Of a stretch of DNA of 64,000 nt, positions 38,732-51,634 are shown one piece after another; the stretch's first letter is position 1, and each line of letters starts with the position of its first letter. Position numbers and translations under genes: made by a program. Source of the DNA: Nageia nagi (Eukaryota > Plantae > Pinophyta); NCBI GenBank assembly GCA_050084985.1, contig JBITNC010000001.1, positions 133,796,001 through 133,860,000 of the forward strand, given 5' to 3'. The notes below the pieces were generated by a model. The model did not search any database and was not told the DNA's origin. It saw nothing but the letters and a program-made list of their open reading frames with translations.

Positions 38732-41700
38732 TGTTGGGGGCTTTTTCTTTCCTACCTTGCGAATGGCAAAATGACTTACAAGGCTTGCGAAAGGCACCAA
38801 CACCTAAGTAGGTGGGCATTACCCCTACCCGCTATGAGGATTGGTTACCTCAAAAGGTCTCATGAAATGGATGCGCGAGAACAAACTCGGAAGACAGGCT
38901 AGGATGTTTAAAGCTATTACCAACTCAAATAAAATTTGTTAACCAAGGATTCAGAGTGTCCCTGTTTCCATACAAAGGTAGTTTCTCTTAACAAAACAAA
39001 CAAAAGGGTTGCAAAAGCCACGGAAAAAAGTGAAAAATAAAGAAAAAGGTTGAGTAGACAGTGATATGTGAGTTTAAGCACAAGTGTTTAATGGTCTCAT
39101 CAACTAGTACAGGTTTAAAGAATCAACTCTCACGGTCTTGTTACAGGTTCCACGCACTCCGATTCCGCCTTACTAGTCAACAACACGAGTGACCTAGCAA
39201 GAGTAGCTTGAAGCTAAGGCAATGATGGTAACTGACAGGACATGAGTAGACCTTTGACAACAGACTGAAGTTCCTATGTTACGTAACATATGGGAGCCAT
39301 CTCAAAGTATACAAGTCTAAAATGCAAACTATGAACCGTTACACAACCATGCACTACTTGAGATACTTCTAAAGATATTCAAGCACTCTTTTGTCCACCT
39401 TAAGCAAGATTTACAAAACGCACTATGTACTCTGGACAACACAAGATAGTAACATCTATTCACATTCATAGTTCCAATGAGAGAATTCACCATTCAATTA
39501 CTTGAAATATATTACATTCACAAATTCAGAAAACTAGCAAGCTTGAAAGTATTAAGTTGTCCAGTTTGCAAAAATGTCTAATCACCTAACAACTGAGCCC
39601 TTATGGCCTATAAATAATTTTTCGACGATACAAAATGTTGCCCTAACTCTAATTAGGTTTTTCAAGAAAAACAAATGCGGTCCAATAATAAATCGCCAAA
39701 TGGCGTTACAAGATCTCTTCCAACACTTATGGGAGCAAATCCTCACCCGTCACAAGATTGGGAATAAAATAATAATTAAAGTCTTTTTCTAAAAATAAAA
39801 ATATTTTGCTGAAATAATAAAATAAAATAAAATAAACTATGATGATGGTGGCCTTAAGGCCACAACTTTGTCCTCGAAATCGTCCTCTAGGAACTTCGTC
39901 GTGAACTCCAAGTCATGCAACATCTCGTATGTCCTCTCAAAGTTCTTTGCAACGCAAGCATCAACTTTGGGAATGATCTACTCCATTTCTAACTTCCAGG
40001 CATGCACCTTCATCATGTATCTCACATGACTTCTTATTTAGTAGGCGCTGATGTCTTCGGTTAGCAACAAGCTTTGTAGCACGTGTTCTACTTCTGCAAT
40101 CATCTCATTTGGTTCTCTGATGATGGTATCTTCCTCAATGAACTTAACTTCATACTCCATTTGTTCCATGCATGAGTTTGCCTTATCATTGATCTTTGTA
40201 ACCTCCTTGCTCACTTCCTGGCAGCAAGTACTCATATGTCGTACTACCCCCAAGAAGAACCAGTAATTGCCATAGAATTTGACATATTCCAATCTCCTAC
40301 TCCCTGTTGCCTAAAAATTCTCGATGATAGGTCTCCAAGACTCCAACCTCCTAAGGAACTCTATCCTGTTGGTCACGATCCCCTTCAGCTTCTCTTTTTC
40401 AATAGAGATCTTTTGCAAGGCCTCCACAAACTGTGCTACCACTACAAGTACCTCCTCAATCAGATTTGTCTTAACAGCCACCAACCCCTCCTTCAATGGT
40501 TTCACCTTCTTAAGTTCTTCAGGGGGTATCTTGTCAGACTCCATCTCTCGTGTAATTCTTCTCTACGTTGCCAACTCCTTCTTTAGATTCTTAATTTCCT
40601 TTTCTTTATGCAATCCGTCCTTTGTTATTGTACCAACATTTGGCTATGATGGAGTGTTTCCTTCCAACAATTCCAATAGGGCTTGTGTTGATCATTTGAT
40701 TAATCTGCTTGAGATCTTCAGGTTTCTATGGGTTAGCCTTGTCTGTGTACACGATCTTGATGTGAACTACATTGTTGGTCATGTGTACATATGTTTGGCT
40801 CTTCTCTGGGCTAGTGGAGCTCTCTCCTACCTGATCATTACCTTCGACATCTCCAAACTCCTCTCTGACATCCATGTTAAAGACATCAAGGCACTCATCC
40901 ACGTCTATACCCCACTCATCGTTTGGTGGGTCTCAACAATGGGCTCCTGAGTGGTAGTAACATTATTTCTTTGTCTCTTAAGATGCCTTGCCTCTTCACT
41001 AGCACTGTCTTCATCACCTCCTTCGGATGGTTGTGACTATGGAGTTCTCTTCAACTGCAACCTTCTAGGAACTGACTCAGAGACTAGACTCTTCCCTCTT
41101 CTTCGGAATTTGGAGGGGTTTGATGAAGTGGAATTGTGTACCACCTCCAAAATCCGCAAAAACTCTTCTTCTTGGGCATTTGGAACTTGGATAGGCTGAC
41201 CTTGGGTCTCTCCTTGTTCACCAACCTCCTCTTGATCATTTTCTTGGCTATCTTCTAGTTCATAGATTGCACTAGAGGACGAGGAACCTGAGGGTGCAAT
41301 AATGGTGATAGGACATTGGCTTGGCTCTCTAGGAGGTCTTTGTGGAGGTGATGGATCTTCTACTCTATTCCTCACACACCTGACTCTTTTATCTGTTGCT
41401 ACCTCTTCCAACTCCTAAACATCATGCTCATCTGCTATCCCTTTCACTTGCTCCACTACTGTCTCTACATAATCTTTCCCATGCATAGAAGCATATTGCC
41501 CTATTGGCTCTTCATTCATTAAGGCATACTATGTGAACCTTGAAGTAGACTCTTCTTGTCCCTTCTCCTTAATATGTGACAACCTCTTGTCTATAGTAGC
41601 TTCTACTATCCTTTGTTGCTTCTTAGCTCCCTCTTGCAGTTGGGCACGAATCTTCCTCATCTCCACCTCATTGCTCACATTCCTAAACAACTTCTCATCT

Positions 41701-41904
41701 CCAAGTGGCTTATGCTCATATGCCATCTTTCGTTCCTTCATGTAGAAGCTGTGGATTTTGTGCTCCATGTCATATTGGCCTATGACGTTCAACTTCTTGA
41801 AGTGGTATTTCTTCAACTCCTCTTTCATGGTATCCACGTCCACCTAGGTCCTACAATGTTACTCCCCTACTATGACTGGAAAATTGGTGGTGGCTGATTT
41901 ATTG
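38732..41904 (-). mobile_element. Family D copy D1: 3' part of an ORF-containing LTR
   Basis: Ends ...GGAAAGAAAAAGCCCCCAACA on the minus strand. 38732-39780 is collinear with 42859-43850. The 5' part is missing. Confidence 0.85.
39837..41903 (-). pseudogene. C-terminal part of the family D LTR-encoded protein (single frame, nonsense mutations)
   Basis: ORF-track pieces starting at 41843, 41411, 40544 and 40292 share one frame. MKEELKKYHF...YDMEHKIHSFY...YEHKPLGDEKLFRN aligns with D3 MKMELAYYGF...YDPEGVIGAFY...YPHKSLGKLERYRN. Confidence 0.85.
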
Positions 41905-44409
41905 TGTCACACGTGCTCGTGCAGGAAGGCCAATTCCCTTATCATCTCTTTTAGAATCCCAATCACAAATTCAAGTGCAATTAAGCAAATTCAAACAAGT
42001 ATGCACCAATGTTTGACCTAGGGCATCCAATTAAAGCTCAAGCAACACAATAATGCCAACATCTAGCTGACACATGCATACATGTACAAAGTAATCCCAA
42101 TGATGCAAACATGGAAAAGTATACAACATAATATGGAAATCTAATTGCCCAACGGCTGTATTAATGATATGAAGTAACAACAATACAATAACAAGCCCAA
42201 AGGGCTCAATGTTGGCCTTCAAGGAGCCAACTAGCGCACAACAAATGTGACCAATGTTAGATGGATGGGACAATGCTTGGGATAGCCTCAAGCCCGAATG
42301 CTCTGTTGCAGAACTCCCATGCCTGGAAACCACTGAAGGTAGGAATGCGACATCGGAATACCACTGGATGGACTAAGATGCTTCACCTTCGCTTTAGATC
42401 AATAGGATCCCTCAACGTGCTAACCCTCCTAGATGCTGCACCTAGGGATGTGCTTGATGTTGTGCCAAAAAATGTGTCCACTGGATGATATGAACAATAA
42501 TAATAATTTTGTATATCCAGAAATGATGCTCCAAGGCCTAATCTAGCTCACATTGGCTCTGTATCTCACCTCAAAGTCATAACCCAACCCCTCAAACCCC
42601 AACAATGGTGCCTATGGGTCATTCCAGGCCCAACATGGGTATCTGTGCCTCCCTTATGCTCCATGTGGGTCCTCAAGCTCAATGTGGGCCTTAGAGGGCA
42701 TGTGTGGGTATCTGAGTGGCACACGTGGGTGTCACGGGCAAATGTGGGGGTCTAGGAGTCTCCCCAAGGTTGGCGCATGTGTACAAGTGCTCCCAATGTC
42801 AACGTTGGGGCCATTAGGTGAATATCCATGCTTTAAGTGCTAAATAACCATTGGGATTTGTTGGGGGTTTTTTCTTTCCTACCTTGCTAATGGGAAAATG
42901 AACTTACAAGGCTTGTGGCAAGACACCAACACCTAGGTGATAGGGCGTGACCCCTACTCGCTATGAGGATTGGTTACCTCAAACGTCTCGAGATGGGGGT
43001 GCAAGAGTTTACTCAGGAGATTGGTCAAGATGTTTGAAGTTGTTCCTAACTCAAATGTAATTTGTTAATCAAGAACTCGAAGGGTCCCTATCTCAAGAAA
43101 GTAAAAGGATATATTAGACCATGGTGTATGAATTGGGCAAAGTTGCATATGGTTTCATCGACATGTACATAGGATTGGGATTTACTTCTCTTGGGCTTAA
43201 TTTAGGTTCCACACAATCCGCATCCACTCTACTAGCTAACATCACAAATGGACTAGCAAAAGAAGCCTAAAGCAATGGCATGGGTGGAAGAAGGTAGATC
43301 ATGGGTAGATCTTCGATTATGGATTGAAGTTCCTAAGCTAAGCATCATAAGAGATAGCCATCACAAAATGCACAGGTCTAACTATGCAAACTATGAACTT
43401 ATCACAAGTAAAGTTTTACTTAAATCACTTCAGGAGATATTCAACTACTCTCTCATCCACCTCAATAAGGTTTATGAGATGATCCAAGCAACTCAAAATA
43501 GACAAGATAGTAATAGCATTCATCCACTCAAAGTGCACAAATAACATTCATAGTCCCATCAAATGAAATCATTCACCATTCAATTACTTGAAATCACACC
43601 ACTTTCACAAATGGAGCAAACTTGTTTAATTGGCACTAGTATTAAGTCTCTCACAAATCCAAAATGTCTAATCCCCTACAAATGAGCTATAAATAGTTTC
43701 TTTGGCAATCGTAGATGTTGCCCTAACCCTAATTCCAAAATATGAGAAAATACACACGGTTCAATCACAAACTGTCACATGGCATTACAAAGTTTTTTCC
43801 AAACTCGTGGGAGCAAATCCTCATCCATCATGAGTTTGGGAATTAAATACTAAATATAATAATAAAGTTTTTCATCACAATAAACATCATGTTCTTGAAA
43901 ATAAAAATAATTCTCATCCAAGAATTTCACCATGAGTTCCAATCCACACAACATCTCTAACATCTTTGGTCCGTTCTCAGCAACACAACATTCAACTTTT
44001 GCAGTCAGACTTTGGATCTCAATGGAAGTAGTCATGATGCTCAAGTGTATGATGGGATTCTCCAGGAGTGATGTGTAGGTCTTCTAGGGATAAGGCCTCC
44101 CAATGTTGTTTGTCTTGTCTCCTAATTCCTTGTGCAATCCCTAAGATGCAATGGGACGGATTACAAACTCAAAAACTAGTCTTCTTCAATTCTGACGCAA
44201 GAAAAGGAATGCAATTTGTATTTGAGAAAATGAAGTTTTCAAGCTTGTATTTATGGCTGAATTTGGTCTCCAAGAAACCCTAGTCGGCCATGCATGAGGA
44301 AAAAATTCATCCTAGTTGTCCAAATGGCCGACCTCCTGGTGTATGCCCGTTTAAAAATTCATGTCCAACCAACCAAAACCAGACTTGGGGGTTCCAGGAC
44401 ACCTTCAGG

Positions 44410-45255
44410 CTTGGTGCATGCCCATGAAAGACAATATTTTATCTTTCTAAATCGTGCGCCAGCCTTGGGGATGAATGCACTTCCCACGTTGGCCATCCTT
44501 GCTCCTTTGCTCGTGCAACTTGACCTTGAAGCTCATCCTGAGACTTGAACTTGTCTATTTTTGCTCTTTCTGGTGTCCAAGCTTGTCAAATTCAATCTTT
44601 ATGCTCAACTTGGACAATCCCCAAACTTGGCGCATGGTTCAAAAAGACAAGATTTTGTCTTTTTCGAAATGTGCACCCAATTCTCTAGCCTTCCTAGTTT
44701 GAGCACATGATTTTGTCTTTTTCACGCATGTGCTGATTGTAGATGCCCATATTTGTCTTTTTTCGTGATCCTGCTTCAATGCGTTAACCAGATTTGCATG
44801 ATTTTCTCCTCCTCAACGCTTCCTGGGTCTGACGCATGGTTCAAAAAGTCAAGATCTTGTCTTTTGAAATCATGCGCCAGCCCTTCTAGTGTTGCTAGAG
44901 GTGATATTGGGGTTCGAGGCTTCATGCCTTGGTCAAATTTTGCCTTTCGGACAAACTTGATGCCTTTCTAGGTTCAACACATGGTTCAAAAAGACTAGAT
45001 TTTGTCCTTTTGAGGCATGTGCCAGCATCCTAGATGCTTGGGATTGACTTTCACATTCTCGAACTCGTCCTATGCTTGCTCCTGGGCTTGATCACATGGT
45101 TCAAGAAGACAAGATTTTGTCTTTTGAAATCATGCGCCAGCCTTGAAGTGTCTTCTACTTGTCTTTTTCGATCTCGATTCCTATCCAAACTACTCCTTGC
45201 CCTTGGCGCATGCTCCAAAAAGACAAGATTGTCTTTTGGAGGCATGCGCTGGGCT
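44410..45255. repeat. Array of ~46-bp palindromic units with unique spacers in the D2 LTR
   Basis: GCGCATGGTTCAAAAAGACAAGATTTTGTCTTTTGAAATCATGCGC-like units near 44414, 44630, 44702 (short), 44832, 44976, 45092 and 45206. Confidence 0.85.
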
Positions 45256-47559
45256 TCAAAATAGCCGAAATTGCCTGTTGGAGACTTAACTCCAGTTTGG
45301 GCGACTCCCTAACCCAGTCACATGATGAAGCATGCGCCAGGCCTGAGAGTGGCCCAGTTTAACTTGACTATATCCCGACTTGCCTTGGACTCCCCTGGTT
45401 CACCTAAGACCAGCTTTTGGTTTTCCAAACTTGACCATTTTTTTGAGGAATTTCAGATTTTTGACTTGGTATGACTAAGCATAGGCGAAGGATGAGGTTT
45501 GAACCTAGGGGACACGACATTGAATCCAGGTCTTACGACATTACTTAGAATGGACAAGACAAAAACATGACAATGCGTTGACAAGGAGTGATGAGGGTCC
45601 ATGTTGTGTTTTAGTCACAACATAAGCTAAAACAAAAACAACAACAAAACAATATAGACAAGCTAAAACAAAAACAATAACAAAACGGAAGGCAAGTAGC
45701 TTTGACTATGGTGATCAACAATTTTGGGGCAAGCAACTTGACATCCTAAGACAAACCTAAGTAATTGGATATATAGTGACTTGCTTTGTCCACAAGGAAT
45801 GAGCCTGTGTCAACACTGTCACTCATGGCTGCATCGTCGGTTTCATTAGAGTGAGTGAACTATCATTGGTTATTCAAGTAGCCATCTGGACACCTGCGTT
45901 TCAGTCCAAGTCCGAGGACATTGTGTTCATCCAAAGTGTCTGTTCCAACTGTAGTTTCCAAAGAAAAGGGCAACCCGCCCTTGAGCTCGATCGCTCTTAT
46001 GAACGCACCCATCACTTCTTACATCAAATAATCATGTTAGAGTCACCCAAAGTGTCTGTTCCAATTGTAGTCTCTGGGGAAAAAGACAACTAGTCCCTGA
46101 GCTCGTTGCACTCTGTGTAGTGTTCTCGATGACAAGCTTCAAAGATCATAGTATTTTTTTTATTTTGCAAATAAGAGGACACTCAACACACTATTTACAT
46201 TATAGTACAACCCCAAGGGGCTTAAGGTGTAATTGATACCCAGATCAAAAATCTTGTTTTGTTCTCCACCTAAAGGAGTGCATTGTATGTTTTGATCCCG
46301 TTGTAGCATGCCTCTAGAATGAATGGATTATTGTAGTAGATGTCTTGAGTGCATCAATGAGAATGTATCGTGCGTACATGAGGCACTAATCTTTATGAAA
46401 ATCCTTTGCATGAAATGATATAAGCTATTAATAAGAACAAGCAAAAGACTTTCTTTCATGGGCACCTTAAATTAAGGAGTATCATATGTTATGCACGATG
46501 TTGGTATACCAATTTCTTCTACGACTACCATATGACCTTGGCTCTCACCATCTACAACCTCCACTCCTCTAAAAGATGAAAAGTATGAGCATCTGGGCAT
46601 AAGGATGGTGGGACTGTAAGGTCTAAATCTCTTGGACTCCAATTCAAGTTTTGATATCACTAGTTCAAGTTCTTTCAACAAATATCCAGGTTTCATCTCT
46701 ATTTTTTCATCTTCATGTGTCAAGAAATAATCACTAGTGGTATCATCAATGCCTATAACTTGATATTCTTCTATGTATGCCCATTCCTACGCATGAACAA
46801 CAAGAGCATCCCTAATATCCTGTTGTGACAATTCTTGTGCTTGGATAAACAAGGAATCTTCTATATCATCAAACCCTAAGCCAAGAGGCTCATCCATAAT
46901 GGGCTCTGATTCGATTTCACCTTGGTTTTCATTCTTTAGTAGCAATGAATAGTCACTATGGATGATAGCAACATCTTCAAGTTGCCCTTCATCTTGGCAT
47001 ATGGAATTATTTTCATAGTATACATGATTGAGCTCCCACTGTGAGTTCAAATAGTTGCATTTTACTTAACCAATTATCTGAGCCTGAGTAGTTGGATAGA
47101 GCTTCTTCAAGTTCTTTAAACACCAACTCTAGAAACAACTCTACTGAAGGTGCTCCTTCAACTTCCATGGTATCTCCACTCACATGTGGGGTAGATGATC
47201 CATCTGTTCTCACACTCAGGTCTCCAATAGCATGTAGCTCAAAGAGTGGATTCTCAACATCCAACTTGGCCTCCATTTCAAGCAATGGGTTGTCCATAAA
47301 CTGATAGTTATCTTTATGCTACCACTAGGAAATCAGCTCATGATCAAGTTCGTCATCAACACTCTCTTCTTCCCACACATCCTCGTTTAACTAATCTCTT
47401 GAAGAGAGATAAATGAAGGAATCATCTGCAAAGGCCTCTTCATGTAAGGATCCCATAGAACGATGATTGACTAAGGAAGAGCCATCATAGTGTGTGTCTG
47501 ACTCCTTATCTCCATTCTCTTCTTTGTCTTCATCCACCAGGAGGGTGAGATATTCATGT

Positions 47560-48815
47560 TCTTTGAAGACATGTATCCAATCTTTACTAATTATGGCAGA
47601 GACAACACCCAGAATATCAAGCACCCAGATGTCCACAAAATACAAAGATGGCGATCCTATAGGGCGCATGGGAACATTCTTTAAAATATCCATCATCTAA
47701 AAAGTACCATCAACACCTATGGGGTCCTTCTCATCTGCTACTGTTGGGACAAATCCAACATCTAAGCCTCATATGTCATCACATTGAAGTCCATTCTGGA
47801 GCTTAGCATTCAATTGGTAAACTTTTTGTCCTTGAGGCACACAGTTGTTGTAAATTCATGCCTCTAAGCTTCCTGAGCATTCCCTTCTTCATGTTCTAGG
47901 TCAAGTAGCTCTTTTGGTGTCTCTCCACTCTCATTTGGTGGGGCTCATTCTCAAAGAAAAATTCAAAGTCAAGATCTAGGTCTAATATGTCTTCACATGT
48001 GGGTTCGGTTATCCTTTGATCTTCCTCATGGGAGTGGTTACTGACATCTTTTTCACTATCTTCCTCTCCATTTTCAGATGACTCAATAGGTGGGGGAAAA
48101 TATTCTATCCAAAGGAATCCCCATTCCTTGCTAAACAAGATCGAGAAGGCATCCTTACATGGCACATCAGTTACAAAAGATATCCAATGAATATTGTTTT
48201 TCTGATCCTATGGCTCGTATATAAACATTGTTCAACACTCCTATTCGTACATTGCCATCGGAACATCTCAAAATTTTGTTGTAAGGTGTTATAGTAAGAC
48301 CAACTCCACGACATATCGCATATGACATAAAGCTCCGTTTGGAATCAGGATTTACCTTACAACCATGAAACATTTCGTTTCCAGGGCACAATTCTACAAA
48401 GAATGAAGGGGATTGGTGTGCTTCTTCATTTTGAACGAACTCTTTGAATGGGCAAGGATTGAGTTGCTCATTCACCTTGCTATCTTCACCACCTTCACAT
48501 ACATTGAAGATTGAGGAATTGAAGAGGTTTAGGTAGTGGACCCATTTTCTACCCATTCAGATTGGAGTTGGGCATATATCCTTTGGCACGTCTACCACCA
48601 CGAAGTCTAGAGAACTTTTCATTTCTGACCCCATGGCTTGCACACAAACATTCTCTACTATTCCGACCATCTGTGGGTGGACATGTTCCAGGAGGCTTGG
48701 GATTGGGATGCGAATGAGTTGAATTTCAAGACAAGTGGCAAGTGTTATAAGATTGAGATTAGAGCGAGTATCTACCACATAATTATATGAGATTCTTTTC
48801 CTTGAAGGCACAAAG
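47560..48815 (-). pseudogene. Three tandem degenerate retropepsin-like domains
   Basis: VVDTRSNLNLI...VGIVENVCVQAMGS...LDFVVVD...MGRKW; KVNPDSKRSFMS...IGVLNNVYIRAIGS...LDIF...ILFSKEW; MDILKNVPMRPIGS...VDIWVLD...IISKDW. Confidence 0.65.
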
Positions 48816-49769
48816 ATATCCTATTCGACTTGACTTTATCCCGACTTGCCCTGGACTCCCCTGGTTCACCTAAGACCAACTTTTGGTTTTCTAGACTTAG
48901 CAATTTTTTTGAGGAATTTCGGATTTTTGACTTGGTATGACTAAGCCTAGGCAAAGGATGAGGCTTGAACCTAGGGGACTCGACATTGAATCTAGATCTT
49001 GCAACATTACTTGGACTAGTCGAGATAAAAACATGACAATTAATTGACAAGGAGTGATGAGGGTCCCCAAAATTGTAGAATTTTGGGGCATGTTGTGTTT
49101 TAGTCACAACAAGATTCCCACAATCACTTTTTGGGATCTGTAAGTACATTGAATCACACTAATCTACACTTGGGAGGGAGATGTCCCACTTGGGACTCAC
49201 AGAGGGATCCAACGGCCCTTTATGTCTTCTATCCCAAATAATACGCCTAAAGCTCAATTAAATAAATAAATATATAAAAGGGGGAATACATTGGATTCCA
49301 TAATTAATTAAAATAATCAAAAAGGGGGACATCACAAAGCCTCCCCTCTCAAATTCCTTGCTCTCAAGCAATTGTAGAATGCTACAACATATTGTCTTCC
49401 AAGATTCCTTTAGCCTTGTTGGCTGAAGTGTGCTAGAATGGAATGCAACATCAATAAGTCTCCTCCATGGTGAAGGTACTGCACGAAACGTTGAAGCTGC
49501 CTCCTCATGTATCAACATTGCATATAAAAATTCGGATATATTGTTGTTGTTGTCAATCCACATTAAGTACCAAAATCCTTGCAAACATTATAGTGCCATC
49601 ATCCTCAGAAACATAGGAGTGTATGCAGAGATGTTGATGCATCCATCTATACTAGGCATCTAGTTGTAGTAGTGAACATATGGAACCCTCCTAGAAGATG
49701 TTCTTGCAAAAACATCAAGTAAATCAAGCATGAGTAGAAAAAGGTGGAGCCTTTGCTCCATGGTTGTGC

Positions 49770-50460
49770 CCAAGACTCCTCCAAGCTCAACGTTGGGTGT
49801 CAAATTCCCCCAATATCTGACGTGGGGCTCTAGTTCTTCCAGATGCTCAACATGGGGTGCCAAACTTCCTCCAAGCCCATCGTGAAGTGTTGTAGCCCCT
49901 CCATGCTCAATCACGGATGCCAAGACTCCCTTACGTCCAATGTCAAGTCCCCAAGCCTATCCAAGCTCAACGTGGAATGCCAAAACTCCTCTATGCTAGA
50001 CTTTAGGTGTTTCAGCCTCCCCAAGCCCAATGTGAGGTGCCAGAACTCCTCTATGTCATAAGTTGAGTACCTAAGTCTCACCAAACCTAGCGTGAGATAA
50101 CAAAACTCCTCCACGCTTGTTGTGGGATGTTTAGGCCTCTCCAAGCCCAAGGTGGGGTGCAAGAGTCCCTCCATGATCATCATTAGGTACCCAAGCCCCT
50201 TAGTCTCCCATGTGAGGTATAGAAGCTCCTACAAGCCCAACGTGGGGTGCAAGAGCGCTTCCAAGCTTAACGTCAAGTACCAAGCCTTCTCAATGTCAAA
50301 TGTGAGAGGTAGACGATCCTCCATGTCCAATGTGGGGTGCAGAAGCCCTTCAAAGCTCCACAATAGATGCCAAAGCTCCTTTATGTCCAACATGGGGTAT
50401 GGGAGCTCCTCATTGCTCCTTGCCTCGTGACAAGGCTCCTTGATGCTCAATGTGGGCTTA
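49770..50460. repeat. 30-bp tandem repeat, about 23 copies
   Basis: Consensus CTCCTCCAAGCTCAATGTGGGGTGCCAAAG-like; gives a 10-aa periodicity on both strands. Confidence 0.9.
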
Positions 50461-50753
50461 TCTTCTTCCTCCTTTTTCTGACACCACTCAATCACCTCTA
50501 ATCTTTTGTTGGCAACCTGTGGGCAATCATCCTGAATTTCCTGTAAGGTGTGGGTCTTACCATCAATGTCGAAGCTCATGGTGAGATTCATGTGTGACAA
50601 TCCTGTTGCATAATTCTAAATAATACTGGAATCCAACGGATTTCCCTTTTGTATTATAGTTTATCATTTAATTGTGCTTTTATTGGGACAGAAGACTTAA
50701 TGGGTTATTGGACCCCATTGTGAGCCCCAAAAGGGACGTCTCCCTCCCAAGCG

Positions 50754-51400
50754 TGGAAAGGTTCACATGGAAGGGGCTAAAGCAAGACATTTTGAGGCAA
50801 GTTCAAAAGTGTGTCCAGTGCCAAGAAAACAAGGAGGAGCATGTGACGCCAAAAGGAATGCTTCATCCATTGCCCATTCCATAGCAGAAATGAGAAGGCA
50901 TCTCCATGGATTTCATCACTAGACTTCCAAAGCTACAAGGTGAAGACTGTATCTTTGTGGTGGTAGATAGGCTCACCAAATTTGCCCATTTCTTTGCCAT
51001 CACTGTCACATATACAACAAGACAAGTGGTTGACTTATTCTTCAAAGAGATCTTCAGATTGCATGGGTTGCCTAAGAGGATTGTGCGTGAGAGGGACACC
51101 AAGTTTATGAGCCTGTTTTGGCAAGAGTTATTCCTATTGAGTGGCAACAATCTTACCCCAAGCACTAGCTATCACCCTCGAACGAACGGGCAGACAATTG
51201 TTAACAGATGGGTGGAGGAGTACTAGAGAGACTATGTGATCAGGCAGCAGCAAATGTGGGTCAAGTGGATCCATGTTGGGGAGTATTGCTATAACTCCAC
51301 CTATCATGTGTCCATCAAAATGTCTCCTTTTAAAGCTTACTATGGTTATCGTTTACCTAACTTTGCAAACTTTTCTTTTGATGAAGGAAAGGTTCCAAGA
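50754..51400 (+). pseudogene. Chromovirus-type integrase core (inverted relative to its host element)
   Basis: RFTWKGLKQD...CVQCQENK...LHPLPIP...ISMDFITRLP...VVVDRLTKFAHF...LHGLPKRIV..RD..F...STSYHPRTNGQT...YNSTYH...MSPF. Confidence 0.95.
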
Positions 51401-51634
51401 GGGGTGTTATGCAAAGCATAGAGCACTTTCTCCTTCATTTCAAAATTAGGAGTTAGGAATACTTTATTCCTATTCAAGATCAATCCTTCCCTAAACATGT
51501 ACCTCTTGTTCCTCACCGTCCCACTTACGATGCCTTAAGCAAACTCATCCTTAGTGTATTCAACCACTACCATCTTGATAGAAGAGAGAGAATAAAAGGA
51601 TAGGTTTCTTGATAACGCATCAGTAGTTATATTC
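51400..51634 (-). pseudogene. Chromovirus RNase H end / integrase N-terminus
   Basis: NITTDALSR...EYTKDEFA...EGLILNRNKVFL...EKVLYALHNTP. Confidence 0.85.

Larger units (their letters stand above)
42859..49111 (-). mobile_element. Family D copy D2: internally deleted two-LTR element
   Basis: TSD GGATT/AGATT (42854-42858 / 49112-49116). The truncated 5' LTR (49111 to about 48827) is repeated at 45622 to about 45363. 3' LTR is 45622-42859. The internal region has protease-like remnants. Confidence 0.85.
41905..49336 (-). mobile_element. 3' LTR of a chromovirus-like Gypsy (41905-42858 + 49117-49336), split by D2
   Basis: Minus strand reads PPT GAGAGGGGAGGC (49339-49350), then TGTGATGTCCCC, and ends ...GTGTGACA. 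Inserted into the D1 ORF. Confidence 0.8.

Noticed and set aside
39848-39863. Perfect 16-bp palindrome GTGGCCTTAAGGCCAC at the end of the D1 ORF
   Set aside because: Not conserved in D2 or D3; no evidence of function.
40324-40950. 208-aa plus-strand ORF
   Set aside because: Antisense shadow of the minus-strand family D ORF, which has homologues in D2 and D3.
44410-45255. CRISPR-like palindromic repeats with unique spacers
   Set aside because: Units are ~46 bp and degenerate, spacing is irregular, there are no cas genes, and the array lies inside a plant LTR.
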